DNA from: Wolbachia endosymbiont of Onchocerca ochengi
Lineage (GTDB): Bacteria; Pseudomonadota; Alphaproteobacteria; Rickettsiales; Anaplasmataceae
Length of the DNA: 32,000 nt
Assembly: GCF_000306885.1 (NCBI RefSeq)
Contig: NC_018267.1
Location: 600,001-632,000, forward strand
Direction of reading: 5' to 3'
The translations under genes were made by a program, and so were the position numbers. Shown here one piece after another: positions 21,086-31,152 of this stretch (position 1 is the first letter of the stretch; every line of letters starts with the position of its first letter). The notes beneath the pieces are model-generated. The model worked only from the letters and a program-made list of their open reading frames with translations. It was not told the DNA's origin and ran no database searches.

Positions 21086-21105
21086 TCGCACCTTTTTAGG
21101 TGCGA
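21086..21105. repeat. Perfect GC-rich inverted repeat (8-bp stem, 4-nt loop) in AT-rich spacer
   Basis: TCGCACCT-TTTT-AGGTGCGA. CTTC (5' side) and GAAG (3' side) flank it and could extend the stem across a 2-nt bulge. It lies 70 nt after the surE stop, with no U-tract on either strand. Confidence 0.5.
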
Positions 21106-21886
21106 GTGAAGAGTTATAGGTTGTATCATTTAAGTAACCGTTCGTTGGGCTTCAGTTATAAAGAGCAGGATTAAAAACTGCTCAACAAACTCTGCCATTC
21201 TCTTTATTATGAGAATAAGAGTATTTAATTATCTTCAATCTATATAAGTTGAGCAACGAAAGTATTATATAGCTGGTATCTTACATTTAATTTTGTATGC
21301 TATGTATACTTTATGTCTTCATTAAGTTTCATGATTTTATTACTATATAAGTTAAAGCACGCCTATAAAGTATTCAAGACAGTATAGAACATCACCTTAT
21401 AGGGTAAGAAGAAATAACTAGCTATTACGGGATTTCTTTTGTCTTCTTTCTCTATTTAGTAAATTCTTAATATTTAGAGTTGAAAATTGTATAAATGTTG
21501 CAATCATAAAATCAATTCCTACTAATGAGAAGTCATTTTAGCACTTCTATCACGTCATCTCAGTTGTTCTTATGGAATCATCTAAGTAGCTGATGATGAT
21601 GTCTAGTATGAAAAGTTATTATATTTATATAATTTATAAATGAACATAATAAAAAGTTCTACACAACGGAGTTTGGGAACATAAGAGCAAGGTTATTTTC
21701 AGCTTTACATTAAAGTATGATGTGTGGAAATTAGTTTCCTTTAAGGAATTTCAAAACGTGAACTCAGCTTTTAATAGAGAAAACTACTAAAAAGCTGGAG
21801 AAGAGAATTAAAAATTGATTTAATTGTGAAAGGAAAACTATATTAAGCTAATTTATATAAAAAAACATTAAGTAGAATTAAATCTT

Positions 21887-21927
21887 AGTGCTTAACGCTG
21901 GGATGAAAGAAGTCACCTGGATGACAT
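21887..21927. repeat. Decayed copy of a short interspersed motif of the kind I associate with Wolbachia intergenic DNA
   Basis: The minus strand reads ATGTCATCCAGGTGACTTCTTTCATCCCAGCGTTAAGCACT. It contains GTCATCCAGGTG and TCATCCCAGCG followed by a degraded palindrome arm. On the plus strand CTGGGATGA (21898-21906) and CCTGGATGA (21916-21924) form an imperfect direct repeat. The family assignment is from memory only. Confidence 0.3.
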
Positions 21928-22011
21928 TCTTCCTGACAAACTGAAATCACAATATTAGCACTACCTGTGAATGTACATTACATTACCTTAATCATATGTC
22001 TCATTTAGGAA

Positions 22012-22947
22012 TTAGTCAGTAACTACCTTATTTCTGCCATTATTTTTTGCCTTATATAAATACCTGTCAGCACGTACTATAAATTTTTTGATATTATCAA
22101 GGTCAGATTTTTGCATTTCTGTAATTCCAATGCTTACAGTTACATTATGAATTTTATTTTTGTCTGAAAACGTAAAAGGTTCCATAGCAATGATTTTACG
22201 TATCCTCTCAGCAACAACATACGCATCTGATATGCTAGCATCTGGCATTACAACAACAAATTCCTCGCCACCAAACCTAACTAGCAAATCTGTTACTCTT
22301 ATGTTTTCAGAAATTCTTTTTTGTATTTGCTTTAAAAGTTCATCGCCAGCACTATGCCCGAAATTGTCATTTACTACCTTGAAATAGTCTATATCAAGTA
22401 TCATAAGGGATAGCCTTTTATTCTTTTCTATAGAGTTCTTAACAAGGTTTCTTAAGTGTGTATCGAAATATCTCCTGTTATAACAGTTAGTTAATGGGTC
22501 CTTTATGGACATTTCCACGTTATTGAATAAGTTCATTCTTAAAGCGTCTTGATACCTCTTGTGTTTCACTTGTAAATTAATTCTTGCTATCAATTCACTT
22601 TCATCTAAAGGCACTGTTAAGTAATCATTAGCACCAACGTCGAGCGCTTTTACTAAGTTACTTTTATCGTGATCTTCAGAAAGAATCAGAATAGGTGTAT
22701 AACGTGTTTCTACTTTACTGCGAAACTCGGAACATAAACGTAGGCCATTGGTTCTCGAAAATTGCATGTCCGAAATGATTAGATCATAATTATCTTTAAT
22801 ACTAACCTTTAATGCTTCAGTTGGATCATTTAGTATTTTAATCAACCTAAAGCGTTGTTTCAGTACATTATATATCTGCTCTGTCTGAAAGATATCCTCA
22901 TCTATAACAAGTATGTTAGCATCAAAAATTAGGTTGGAATAACTCAT
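22012..22947 (-). CDS. pleD: PleD-like response regulator / diguanylate cyclase, C-terminal portion (adaptor receiver domain + GGDEF), separated from its N-terminal receiver by a frameshift
   Basis: 311 aa. The receiver-like domain is ILVIDEDIF...DLIISDMQF...YLTVPLDESEL. The GGDEF domain is DPLTNCYNRRYF, IDYFKVVNDNFGHSAGDELL, with the I-site RVTD five residues before the A-site RFGGEEFVV, then KAKNNGRN. This frame is already open from 22995 (ERETNAKINLAEGNSI-MSYS). Confidence 0.85.
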   Translation of the reverse strand: MSYSNLIFDANILVIDEDIFQTEQIYNVLKQRFRLIKILNDPTEALKVSIKDNYDLIISDMQFSRTNGLRLCSEFRSKVETRYTPILILSEDHDKSNLVKALDVGANDYLTVPLDESELIARINLQVKHKRYQDALRMNLFNNVEMSIKDPLTNCYNRRYFDTHLRNLVKNSIEKNKRLSLMILDIDYFKVVNDNFGHSAGDELLKQIQKRISENIRVTDLLVRFGGEEFVVVMPDASISDAYVVAERIRKIIAMEPFTFSDKNKIHNVTVSIGITEMQKSDLDNIKKFIVRADRYLYKAKNNGRNKVVTD

Positions 22948-22981
22948 GATACTATTCCCTTCTGCCAGATTAATCTTAGCA

Positions 22982-23389
22982 TTAGTTTCTCTCTCTTAAA
23001 CGCAATTCATCTATTATTATCTTTAGGTGTGTAAGAGACTTAATTCGTGCAGACAGAGCAATTTCATCTATTGGTTTAGTTAGAAAGTTATCTGCACCAG
23101 TGTTAGTACCTTTCACTCTATCGTGAGTATTATGCAGTGCAGTTACCGTAATTATTGGAATATGAGTTATTAAGAGATTACTCTTTAGGTTCTTACAAAC
23201 TTCAAAGCCATTTATTTTTGGCATCATGGTATTAAGCAATATAATATCTGGTTGTTGCTTTGCTACTAAGTCTATAGCTTCTTTACCATCATGAGCTACA
23301 ATAACTGCATAGTACTCAGCTTTTAGTCGAGCTTCTAAAAGCTGAACATTGGATAGTATATCATCTACTACCAGTATCTTCGCTGTCAT
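22982..23389 (-). CDS. pleD: PleD-like response regulator, N-terminal receiver domain fragment
   Basis: 135 aa. It aligns along its whole length with Caulobacter PleD residues 1 to about 135 (MSARILVVDDIEANVRLLEAKLTAEYYEV... versus MTAKILVVDDILSNVQLLEARLKAEYYAV...; ...FLTKPIDD.. versus FLTKPIDE; VIDELRQRE versus IIDELRLRE). Residue 53 is Asn (AAT, 23233-23231) where PleD has the phospho-acceptor Asp. Confidence 0.85.
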   Translation of the reverse strand: MTAKILVVDDILSNVQLLEARLKAEYYAVIVAHDGKEAIDLVAKQQPDIILLNTMMPKINGFEVCKNLKSNLLITHIPIITVTALHNTHDRVKGTNTGADNFLTKPIDEIALSARIKSLTHLKIIIDELRLRERN

Positions 23390-23660
23390 TATCTTTAGAT
23401 ATATTATCTATATTGTAACTAGGATAAAACTTGCCATTTTTACCAACTATGTAATTCACTTTTTCAATATCATGCTTTTTATAATATAAGTCTTCGATTC
23501 CAGTATTTTTTAACAAATTTCTAGTTCTTGACTTTATAATTATAAAATATCTATATATACTTCTAATAAAACTAATAAATACAGGTACTTTACTTTTATC
23601 AAGAACAATTATACCCACTAAAGCTACAACTAAAATTTCTGGAAGACCTATGCTAAACAT
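23361..23660 (-). CDS. TatB-like protein (TatA/TatB/TatE family of the Sec-independent translocase)
   Basis: 99 aa. MFSIGLPEILVVALVGIIVL resembles the TatB N-terminus (E. coli [26 protein letters not shown]), including the Glu at position 8, and is followed by an amphipathic basic stretch. The usual Gly-Pro hinge reads DK here. It starts 5 nt after the gdh stop, and its 3' end overlaps the pleD ATG by 29 nt. Confidence 0.55.
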   Translation of the reverse strand: MFSIGLPEILVVALVGIIVLDKSKVPVFISFIRSIYRYFIIIKSRTRNLLKNTGIEDLYYKKHDIEKVNYIVGKNGKFYPSYNIDNISKDNDSEDTGSR

Positions 23661-23665
23661 TTTTC

Positions 23666-26600
23666 CTATGAGGCAAGTACTTTGATTCTTTTAATTATAA
23701 ATATTAATCTGCTTAAATCAAGTTTAGAAGCAACCATTTCGTCTAGGAAGCTATTGTAACGTTCTATGTAACCTATATCATCACGGGCCCAAGTTTGAAC
23801 CTTATTTTCACAGTCATTAGTAAATTTTATAACTTTAATAGCTAACTTATAGTGATAATTGCTTAAATCATCCAATAAGTCATTGATTAAGCTACGATCC
23901 CAATAAGAAGAACGATTTTTCATCTTAATGGCAATTGTTCTAATCAGATCGAATCTTAGTAGCGATTTTAGCTCAAAGTATATTTTACCAACATCAAGAA
24001 TAGATAAAGATGTTTGTTCAGAAATGAGTATAATGTCCAATGCATAGGCTAAAATGCATAAGTCAGCAACTTTCTTAGCTAGATCTTTATCTATATTAAG
24101 TTCTATTAAAGAAACGGATCCATAACGATAGTTTTCCAACAGATGTTCATCTAAAACATGAGTTAAGTTTTGGCTTAAAGTTTCAATTGCATTCTTAAAC
24201 TTTGTAACATCATCCAAATTTATAAAGCTAAGTTTATCTAGATTTTTTACTAACCAAAATGATACCCTGCCAATGAACTTTTGCACACTTCTTACCACTT
24301 GCAAGTATGAGTTAACATCAATTTTTTCATCTAATTCATCAATTTTTCGCCATAAGCTACTTAAATCATATAGGTGATTAACAATAATATATAAATTAAC
24401 TGCTTCGTACACCTTAATTCCAGTTTTCTCAACTAGATTATTAATAAATATACACCCCATCCTATTCACTACATCATTTGCAATGCAAGTAGAAACAATT
24501 TCTCTGCGTAATTGGTGTTTCAATATGAAATTCCTGAACTCTGTTACTATTTTTTGTGGAAAATAACTTAGTAAGTAATCATGACAAAAGGAATCCTTTT
24601 CAGGTAGGTCAGAGTGTATAATTTCACTTTTTATTGCTGTTCTAGTATAAGACATGAGAATAGCAAGTTGAGGAGAGCTAAAGCCCTCTGCTTCAGTCAA
24701 CATTTTTGCTATTTCCTCATCAGCTGGAAGGAATTCTATACTTCTTTCTAACAATCCAGATTTTTCCAAATTGAGCAATAACCTATGGTGCTGTTCCAAC
24801 CTTTCCTTAGCTTGCAAGCATTCAAGGAGTAATGCTTTTGTTTCAATTCTATTGTGGTCTTCAAGCACCTTAGATGCAACTTCATCTACCATGCTAGCCA
24901 GTATTTCATTTCTTTTTTTCAAAGAAATACCACCTTCTTTCATAATTGAAACAAATGCAATTTTGATGTTAACTTCAAGGTCGGAACATATTACTCCTGC
25001 TGAATTATCAATAAAATCTGCATTGATGTACCCACCGCTTTTAGCATATTCTATTCTTCCAAGCTGTGTGCAACCAAGATTACCACCTTCTATGAACATA
25101 GAAGCTCTAATATCTCTGCCATTTACTCTTAATTCATCGTTTGTTTTATCACCAACTACGTTATGGCTTTCACTTTTTGCTTTAACAAATGTACCAATTC
25201 CTCCATTCCATATCAAATCTACCTCTGCCTTTAACAAATATCGGATTAAGCTGTTTGGGGATAATACATTTTCTGTTATACCAAAGCATTTTTTCATTTC
25301 TTGAGAAACGTTTATCTGTTTACTGCTACGCTCAAACACTCCTCCACCTTGAGAGATCAAACCTTTGTTATAATCCATCCAAGTTGAAAATGGTAACTTA
25401 AAAAGACGCTTACGCTCTGTGAAACTATTTTTTACATCAGGGTTTGGATCGATGAAAATGTGCATATGGTTGAATGCGCCAATCAAACGCACATTTCTTG
25501 AAAGCAGCATGCCATTTCCAAATAGATCGCCAGCCATATCTCCAATCCCAATAACAGAGACATCTTGATAAATATTTTTGTTCATCTTCCAAAAATGCCT
25601 TTGTGCTGCAATCCACGCACCTCTGGCTGTGATACCCATCTTTTTATGATCATAACCAGCTGATCCACCGGATGCAAATGCATCACCAAGCCAAAAATGA
25701 TATTCAGAGGCTATTTGGTTAGCATAATCAGAAAATGAAGCAGTACCTTTATCTGCCGCAACTACTAAGTATGGATCATCTTCATCATACCTAATCACAT
25801 TTTTTGGTGGAATTATTTTATCATCAACTATATTATCAGTAATATCAAGCATTCCTTTGATAAAATCCTTATAACACTCAATACCTTTTTTTCTTAAAGA
25901 ATTTCTGTCTTTATAGACTTTCTTTATTATAAACCCACCTTTTGCACCAACAGGAACAATAACTGCATTTTTTGTCATTTGAGCTTTCATAAGCCCTAAA
26001 ACTTCAGTGCGAAAATCTTCTGTTCTATCTGACCATCTTAGACCACCACGTGCTAATTTTCCTCCTCTTAAATGGATTCCCTCAAAGAGGTTTGAGTAAA
26101 CATATAATTCACGGTATGGGTGCGGATTAGGTAAACCGTTTATTTTATTTGAATCAAACTTTGTAGATAAGTAAGGTTTATCGTTCTGATAATAACTGGT
26201 TCTCAAAATAGACATTATCAAGTTAAATATGGAACGTAAAACATAATCATGTGAAACATTGCTGACTTTCTTTAGAAGTTCTTCAATTTTTTCTTTGAAG
26301 ATATTAGTAGTTTCTACTCTATCGATATCTATGTTAGGGTCAAATCTTACATGAAACAGTTGTATCAAATACTTTACTATTTTTGGATGCTCTGAGACCA
26401 CTTTTTGAATATATCCAGGGTTATAGTTAAATGATATTTGCTTTAGGTAAGCGCTTAACGCTCTAATTAGAAGCACTTCTTTCCACTTCAGCCCAGCAAT
26501 AATAATTAAGCTATTAAAATAGTCATTTTTGATTTCTCTACTGAATACTTTTGTAAGTGTCACCTCGAACTGCTCTTTTAGAGTGATATTATTTATTAAT

Positions 26601-28414
26601 TCATCGACTCTTGATAACACAAAATGGTGTATCCACATTCCATCATTAATTTCTACGTAATAACTATTATGAGATAGGATCTTTGTTCCCAAATTCTTAG
26701 TAATTTTTAATATTTTCGATAATTCAAGTCCCCCGTTGCTTGGAGTGTAAACCTTTAATTGATAATTAAGATTGTCATGAGTAAGCCTTAGATCAACCTC
26801 ACTTATTCCTTTCCTTCTTACTGTTTCCAATTTCTTCATATCATAATATGCACTGTGAGGTTCAAAACTCTCCTGATAGCTTATTGGAAATGCTTTGCAG
26901 TAACGGATGAATATATCTTCGACAGTATTGAAAGTGCTATATAGATTATCTATAAAACGATCTTCCCACTTTTCTGTGATGTTTCTTAATTTGTTTTCGA
27001 TGTGCAAAATTTTATCGTCAAGGACACTAACATTTTTAGTCTTTAGGACTACATGTAATTTCATTAAATCATATTCATTGATAATGTGGTTGTTGTAAAT
27101 ATCTGAACTTTCCGCACTTGTCTCATTTTTCAATATATCACGTATTTTGAACATTAACCTGGCACTAGCATATCGCATTGGTATTAGTATTATACAACTA
27201 ATAAAATTTCCTACTTTTCTTAAAAAGAGTTTAACTCTTGGCCTAATTGCAAGGGACATAATTGAAGTACAAATCTTAAATAACTCGTCTTCATTTAACT
27301 GGAATAATTCGTCACAAGAGAATGCTTGTAAAATAGAAACTAAAGCCTTATTATTGTGCCCACCAGGCACAAATCCTGTTTTTTTCTCTATTGCTTTGAC
27401 TTTACTTTTTACTATCGGAATAATGCGAATGTCTTGAACCTCTGCTACTGAAGTAAATAACCCAAAAAAATATCGCTCTTTTACCACGTTACCATGATCA
27501 TCTAATTCTTTCATTCCTATACAATTCATGTATGTACGTCGATGAACTATTGAGATCAGATCTGACCTTACTATGTACAAATTCAAATTCTCAGAAGAAA
27601 CAGAAGAACTTTGGTATTCTTTGCTTACTCTCATTAAACCAAGATTTTTCTCATCACTAGAAACAAGTTTGCCATCTTTATCAGCAATGCGCTCTTGGTA
27701 ACCTAAAAATAAAAAATTATTATTTTGCAACCAATTTAGAAAATCTACAACTTGATTAGTAGTGTGTGACGATCGAATATGGACCTTGATACCTGTTGCC
27801 TGAACGACAGAACAAAGTTCATTTTTCACTTCGTCTATCTTCTGGAGCATCAGAAGCCAATCTTTTACAACACAATTAACCGCTTTCAGTGTTTTTCGTA
27901 GAGATTCTTTTAGAGTGTTAACAAAACTATCACTTATACCCTTAATAATTACGTATATTACTGACTCCTTTACACCATTATTCTCTTCTAAATCGTAAAT
28001 CTCATCAATCAGTCCACTTTTTCTTTTAATATTAATTATACTATTACTATAATAACATATAGTTAAATCGTGCGATTTAATAGTAGCAACAATAGAATCA
28101 ACTAGAAAAGGCATGTCGTCACTCGTTATTTTAACTACAGTAAAATTGCCTTTTATTCCTGGTATATCATTTATATTATTTATCTTCAATTTGCTTTTTT
28201 CTTTTTCCTTTTTGAGGATGAAGTTGTATGCGTCCTTTGCAATGTACAAAAGGAACCTATCATTAACCTTTAAATCACTATTGTAAATAAAACTATAAAA
28301 GTATTTTATAAATTCTTTAATTTTTTCTTTTTCTTTTTTGTTCTCTTGATTAATCAGCTTGAATAAAGATTCAGTGTCAACATTATTATCTATATGCATT
28401 TTTTTATGCAACAC
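23666..28414 (-). CDS. NAD-specific glutamate dehydrogenase, large (about 180 kDa) bacterial type
   Basis: 1582 aa. The catalytic core RGGLRWSDRTEDFRTEVLGLMKAQMTKNAVIVPVGAKGGF and GIGDMAGDLFGNGML are characteristic of the Bac_GDH family. The track start is GTG at 28414; an ATG at 28399 is an alternative. Confidence 0.95.
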   Translation of the reverse strand: MLHKKMHIDNNVDTESLFKLINQENKKEKEKIKEFIKYFYSFIYNSDLKVNDRFLLYIAKDAYNFILKKEKEKSKLKINNINDIPGIKGNFTVVKITSDDMPFLVDSIVATIKSHDLTICYYSNSIINIKRKSGLIDEIYDLEENNGVKESVIYVIIKGISDSFVNTLKESLRKTLKAVNCVVKDWLLMLQKIDEVKNELCSVVQATGIKVHIRSSHTTNQVVDFLNWLQNNNFLFLGYQERIADKDGKLVSSDEKNLGLMRVSKEYQSSSVSSENLNLYIVRSDLISIVHRRTYMNCIGMKELDDHGNVVKERYFFGLFTSVAEVQDIRIIPIVKSKVKAIEKKTGFVPGGHNNKALVSILQAFSCDELFQLNEDELFKICTSIMSLAIRPRVKLFLRKVGNFISCIILIPMRYASARLMFKIRDILKNETSAESSDIYNNHIINEYDLMKLHVVLKTKNVSVLDDKILHIENKLRNITEKWEDRFIDNLYSTFNTVEDIFIRYCKAFPISYQESFEPHSAYYDMKKLETVRRKGISEVDLRLTHDNLNYQLKVYTPSNGGLELSKILKITKNLGTKILSHNSYYVEINDGMWIHHFVLSRVDELINNITLKEQFEVTLTKVFSREIKNDYFNSLIIIAGLKWKEVLLIRALSAYLKQISFNYNPGYIQKVVSEHPKIVKYLIQLFHVRFDPNIDIDRVETTNIFKEKIEELLKKVSNVSHDYVLRSIFNLIMSILRTSYYQNDKPYLSTKFDSNKINGLPNPHPYRELYVYSNLFEGIHLRGGKLARGGLRWSDRTEDFRTEVLGLMKAQMTKNAVIVPVGAKGGFIIKKVYKDRNSLRKKGIECYKDFIKGMLDITDNIVDDKIIPPKNVIRYDEDDPYLVVAADKGTASFSDYANQIASEYHFWLGDAFASGGSAGYDHKKMGITARGAWIAAQRHFWKMNKNIYQDVSVIGIGDMAGDLFGNGMLLSRNVRLIGAFNHMHIFIDPNPDVKNSFTERKRLFKLPFSTWMDYNKGLISQGGGVFERSSKQINVSQEMKKCFGITENVLSPNSLIRYLLKAEVDLIWNGGIGTFVKAKSESHNVVGDKTNDELRVNGRDIRASMFIEGGNLGCTQLGRIEYAKSGGYINADFIDNSAGVICSDLEVNIKIAFVSIMKEGGISLKKRNEILASMVDEVASKVLEDHNRIETKALLLECLQAKERLEQHHRLLLNLEKSGLLERSIEFLPADEEIAKMLTEAEGFSSPQLAILMSYTRTAIKSEIIHSDLPEKDSFCHDYLLSYFPQKIVTEFRNFILKHQLRREIVSTCIANDVVNRMGCIFINNLVEKTGIKVYEAVNLYIIVNHLYDLSSLWRKIDELDEKIDVNSYLQVVRSVQKFIGRVSFWLVKNLDKLSFINLDDVTKFKNAIETLSQNLTHVLDEHLLENYRYGSVSLIELNIDKDLAKKVADLCILAYALDIILISEQTSLSILDVGKIYFELKSLLRFDLIRTIAIKMKNRSSYWDRSLINDLLDDLSNYHYKLAIKVIKFTNDCENKVQTWARDDIGYIERYNSFLDEMVASKLDLSRLIFIIKRIKVLAS

Positions 28415-28423
28415 ACAGCCACT

Positions 28424-30985
28424 TTAAACCTTTTTAATTAAGATTTCATTATTAAGAGCGTACACTATTAGCTCACTACCTTCTGTTACTTCTTCCGATA
28501 AAACTAGCTTGGCTAGATTATTTTGAATACATTCCTGTATTACTCTTTTTAGAGGTCTTGCTCCATATTCAGGGTCATAGCCAGTTTGTGCTATTAGTTC
28601 TTTAGCCTCCTGTGACAAACTTATACTTAGTTTAAGCTTAGCAAGCGTTTTTTGTAAATGAGAAAATTGAACATCTATTATTTGATAAATGTCGTCCTTG
28701 GTTAAACTATGGAATATAATAATTTCATCCAGTCTGTTTAAAAATTCTGGACGAAATGCTGACTTAACTATTTGCATTACTTCACTTTTTATAGAGTCAG
28801 CAACTCCCTTTAGCATTATCTCAGCGCCAAGGTTAGAAGTTAAAATTAGTATAGTATTGCGAAAATCAATCAATTTGCCATGGCTATCGGTTAGCCTACC
28901 TTCATCTAAAACCTGTAACAATAGGTTAAATATGTCAGGATTTGCCTTCTCTATTTCATCAAATAGAATTACTTGATATGGTCTCCTTCTTACTGCTTCG
29001 GTCAATCTTCCGCCTTGTTCATAGCCAACGTATCCTGGAGGTGCACCAATTAGCTTCGAGATGGAGTGTTTTTCCATATACTCAGACATATCAAAGCGCA
29101 GGGGTGTTCCTTGGTTGTCAAATAAGAACTCAGCAAGAACTTTCGCTAGTTCAGTTTTTCCAACTCCGGTTGGGCCCAAAAATAAAAATGAACCAAAGGG
29201 ACGATTAGTATCCTGTACGCCAGAGCGAGAGCGCCTAACCGCATTACTTATTGCTTCTATTGCATCTTTTTGTCCTACCACCCTTTTCCCTATTTCATTT
29301 TCCATGCTAAGAAGCTTTTCTTTTTCACTGTGCATCATACTATCAACTGGAATACCTGTCCATTTCGAAACAATATTTGCAATGTCGTTCTCAGCAACTT
29401 CTTTTTTTAGGAAACTATCAGTAACTTTCTCCTGATCTTTCAACTCATTTTCAAGCTGAGGAATTATACCATACATCAACTCCCCTGCTCTCCCTAAATT
29501 TCCACTGCGCTGAGCCAATTCTAACTCTTTTCTAGCGCTATCTAATTTTCCAGCTGTCTCTTGTATTCTAGCTATTTTACTCTTCTCCATCTGCCATTTG
29601 CTGTTCAAATCAGCAAATTTACTGTTTAGGTTTTCAATTTCTTCATTTATCTTCTTTAAACGCTGCTTAGAGTTTTCATCGTGTTCTCTTTTTAGAGCTT
29701 CTGACTCAATTTTCAACTGTATTATTTTCCTCTCAAGTTCGTCAATTACTTCAGGCTTGCTATCCATTTCAATTCTTACTCTGCTTGCTGCTTCATCAAT
29801 TAAGTCGATCGCCTTATCAGGTAAAAACCTGTCTGTTATATATCTATTGGACAACGTTGCAGCAGCAATTATTGCACCATCTGTGATTCTTATACCATGA
29901 TGCACTTCATACTTTTCTTTTAAACCTCTGAGTATTGAAATAGTATTAGCTTCAGTTGGTTGAGAGATAAACACAGGCTGAAAACGTCTTGCAAGTGCAG
30001 GATCTTTCTCTATATGCTCACGATACTCATCTAATGTTGTAGCTCCTATACAGTGAATTTCTCCACGTGCAAGAGCAGGCTTCAGTAAATTTGAAGCATC
30101 CATTGCACCACTTGTTGCTCCTGCTCCGGCTAAAGTATGAAGCTCATCTATAAACAAAATAACTTTCTCATCCGTTTTCAAAAGCTCATTAATAACTGCT
30201 TTTAGTCTTTCTTCAAACTCTCCTCTAAACTTTGTTCCAGCAATTAATGCGCCAAGATCTAATGCTAAGACCTTTGCATCGCGTAAACCAAGTGGCACAT
30301 CGTTTGTAACAATTCTGTTTGCTAATCCCTCAACTATCGCAGTTTTCCCAACACCAGGCTCACCTATTAGCACTGGATTATTCTTTGTTCGCCTAAGCGA
30401 TACCTGTATAGTTCTTCTAATTTCATCATCACGACCAATTACAGGATCAAGCTTGCCTTGCATAGCAAGCTCTGTAACATCCTTTGTATATTTCTTTGCT
30501 ACAGTCAACTTTCCCCTTATTCTTGGCGCGCCCGTACTGTTATCTCTCCTTGTTTCTGTAATAACTGAGTTCAATTTCTGCTGTGTAACACCGTTTTCTG
30601 TTAGAATTTTACCCACAGTATCACTCCTCTGTGCAGCTAAACTCTGCAGTAATTGCTCAACAGTAACAAATGTATCTTTATTCCTCCTAGCAATACTTAC
30701 TGAATCCTCAAAAACTCTTGCCATTTCTCTTGAAAGTTGAAGGCCACTGCTTCCTGGACCTTCAACTACTGGAAACTTTTTTAGTGCACTATTTGTAGCA
30801 TCAGAAATACTTTGTACATCCCCACCACAAGCTACTATTAAATCCTGAACTAAATCTGATTCATCTTCAAGCATTGCTTTTAGTAGATGCTCAGGCATAA
30901 AAACTTGATGTCCAGCTCCCAACGCTTTCATTTGAGCACTTTGGATTAAGCTCTTTGCTTTTTCGGTAAATTTATTCAAATCCAT
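28424..30985 (-). CDS. clpB: ATP-dependent chaperone / disaggregase ClpB
   Basis: 853 aa with a Clp N-domain, two AAA+ modules (Walker [16 protein letters not shown] and [12 protein letters not shown]), a long coiled-coil middle domain between them, and [10 protein letters not shown] near the C-terminus. Confidence 0.97.
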   Translation of the reverse strand: MDLNKFTEKAKSLIQSAQMKALGAGHQVFMPEHLLKAMLEDESDLVQDLIVACGGDVQSISDATNSALKKFPVVEGPGSSGLQLSREMARVFEDSVSIARRNKDTFVTVEQLLQSLAAQRSDTVGKILTENGVTQQKLNSVITETRRDNSTGAPRIRGKLTVAKKYTKDVTELAMQGKLDPVIGRDDEIRRTIQVSLRRTKNNPVLIGEPGVGKTAIVEGLANRIVTNDVPLGLRDAKVLALDLGALIAGTKFRGEFEERLKAVINELLKTDEKVILFIDELHTLAGAGATSGAMDASNLLKPALARGEIHCIGATTLDEYREHIEKDPALARRFQPVFISQPTEANTISILRGLKEKYEVHHGIRITDGAIIAAATLSNRYITDRFLPDKAIDLIDEAASRVRIEMDSKPEVIDELERKIIQLKIESEALKREHDENSKQRLKKINEEIENLNSKFADLNSKWQMEKSKIARIQETAGKLDSARKELELAQRSGNLGRAGELMYGIIPQLENELKDQEKVTDSFLKKEVAENDIANIVSKWTGIPVDSMMHSEKEKLLSMENEIGKRVVGQKDAIEAISNAVRRSRSGVQDTNRPFGSFLFLGPTGVGKTELAKVLAEFLFDNQGTPLRFDMSEYMEKHSISKLIGAPPGYVGYEQGGRLTEAVRRRPYQVILFDEIEKANPDIFNLLLQVLDEGRLTDSHGKLIDFRNTILILTSNLGAEIMLKGVADSIKSEVMQIVKSAFRPEFLNRLDEIIIFHSLTKDDIYQIIDVQFSHLQKTLAKLKLSISLSQEAKELIAQTGYDPEYGARPLKRVIQECIQNNLAKLVLSEEVTEGSELIVYALNNEILIKKV

Positions 30986-31152
30986 AATATAAGTTTAGCT
31001 AACATTTACTAATATATATAGTAACTCCTTCCTTAATTTTAAACTGAAAACAGCTAACTAGGTAAAAATTTATCCTAATGTACACAACTTAAACTTTATA
31101 CGTATAATACTACTACTAAACTCCTGGAAATCACATAAAACCCAAGATTAAT

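Noticed and set aside
22982-22997. Programmed +1 ribosomal frameshift joining the two pleD ORFs.
   Set aside because: The junction (AGA GAG AGA AAC TAA) has no prfB-like slippery codon-stop context and no upstream SD-like stimulator. A fixed indel or a sequencing error in the tract is more likely.
24771-25304. A 177-aa ORF antisense to the NAD-GDH gene. Similar antisense ORFs of 60-124 aa lie inside clpB, ligA, folKP, the malic enzyme gene, MCD and others in the track.
   Set aside because: All lie entirely within strongly supported genes on the opposite strand. They have Ser/Leu/Phe/Cys-rich composition typical of antisense frames and carry no recognisable motifs.
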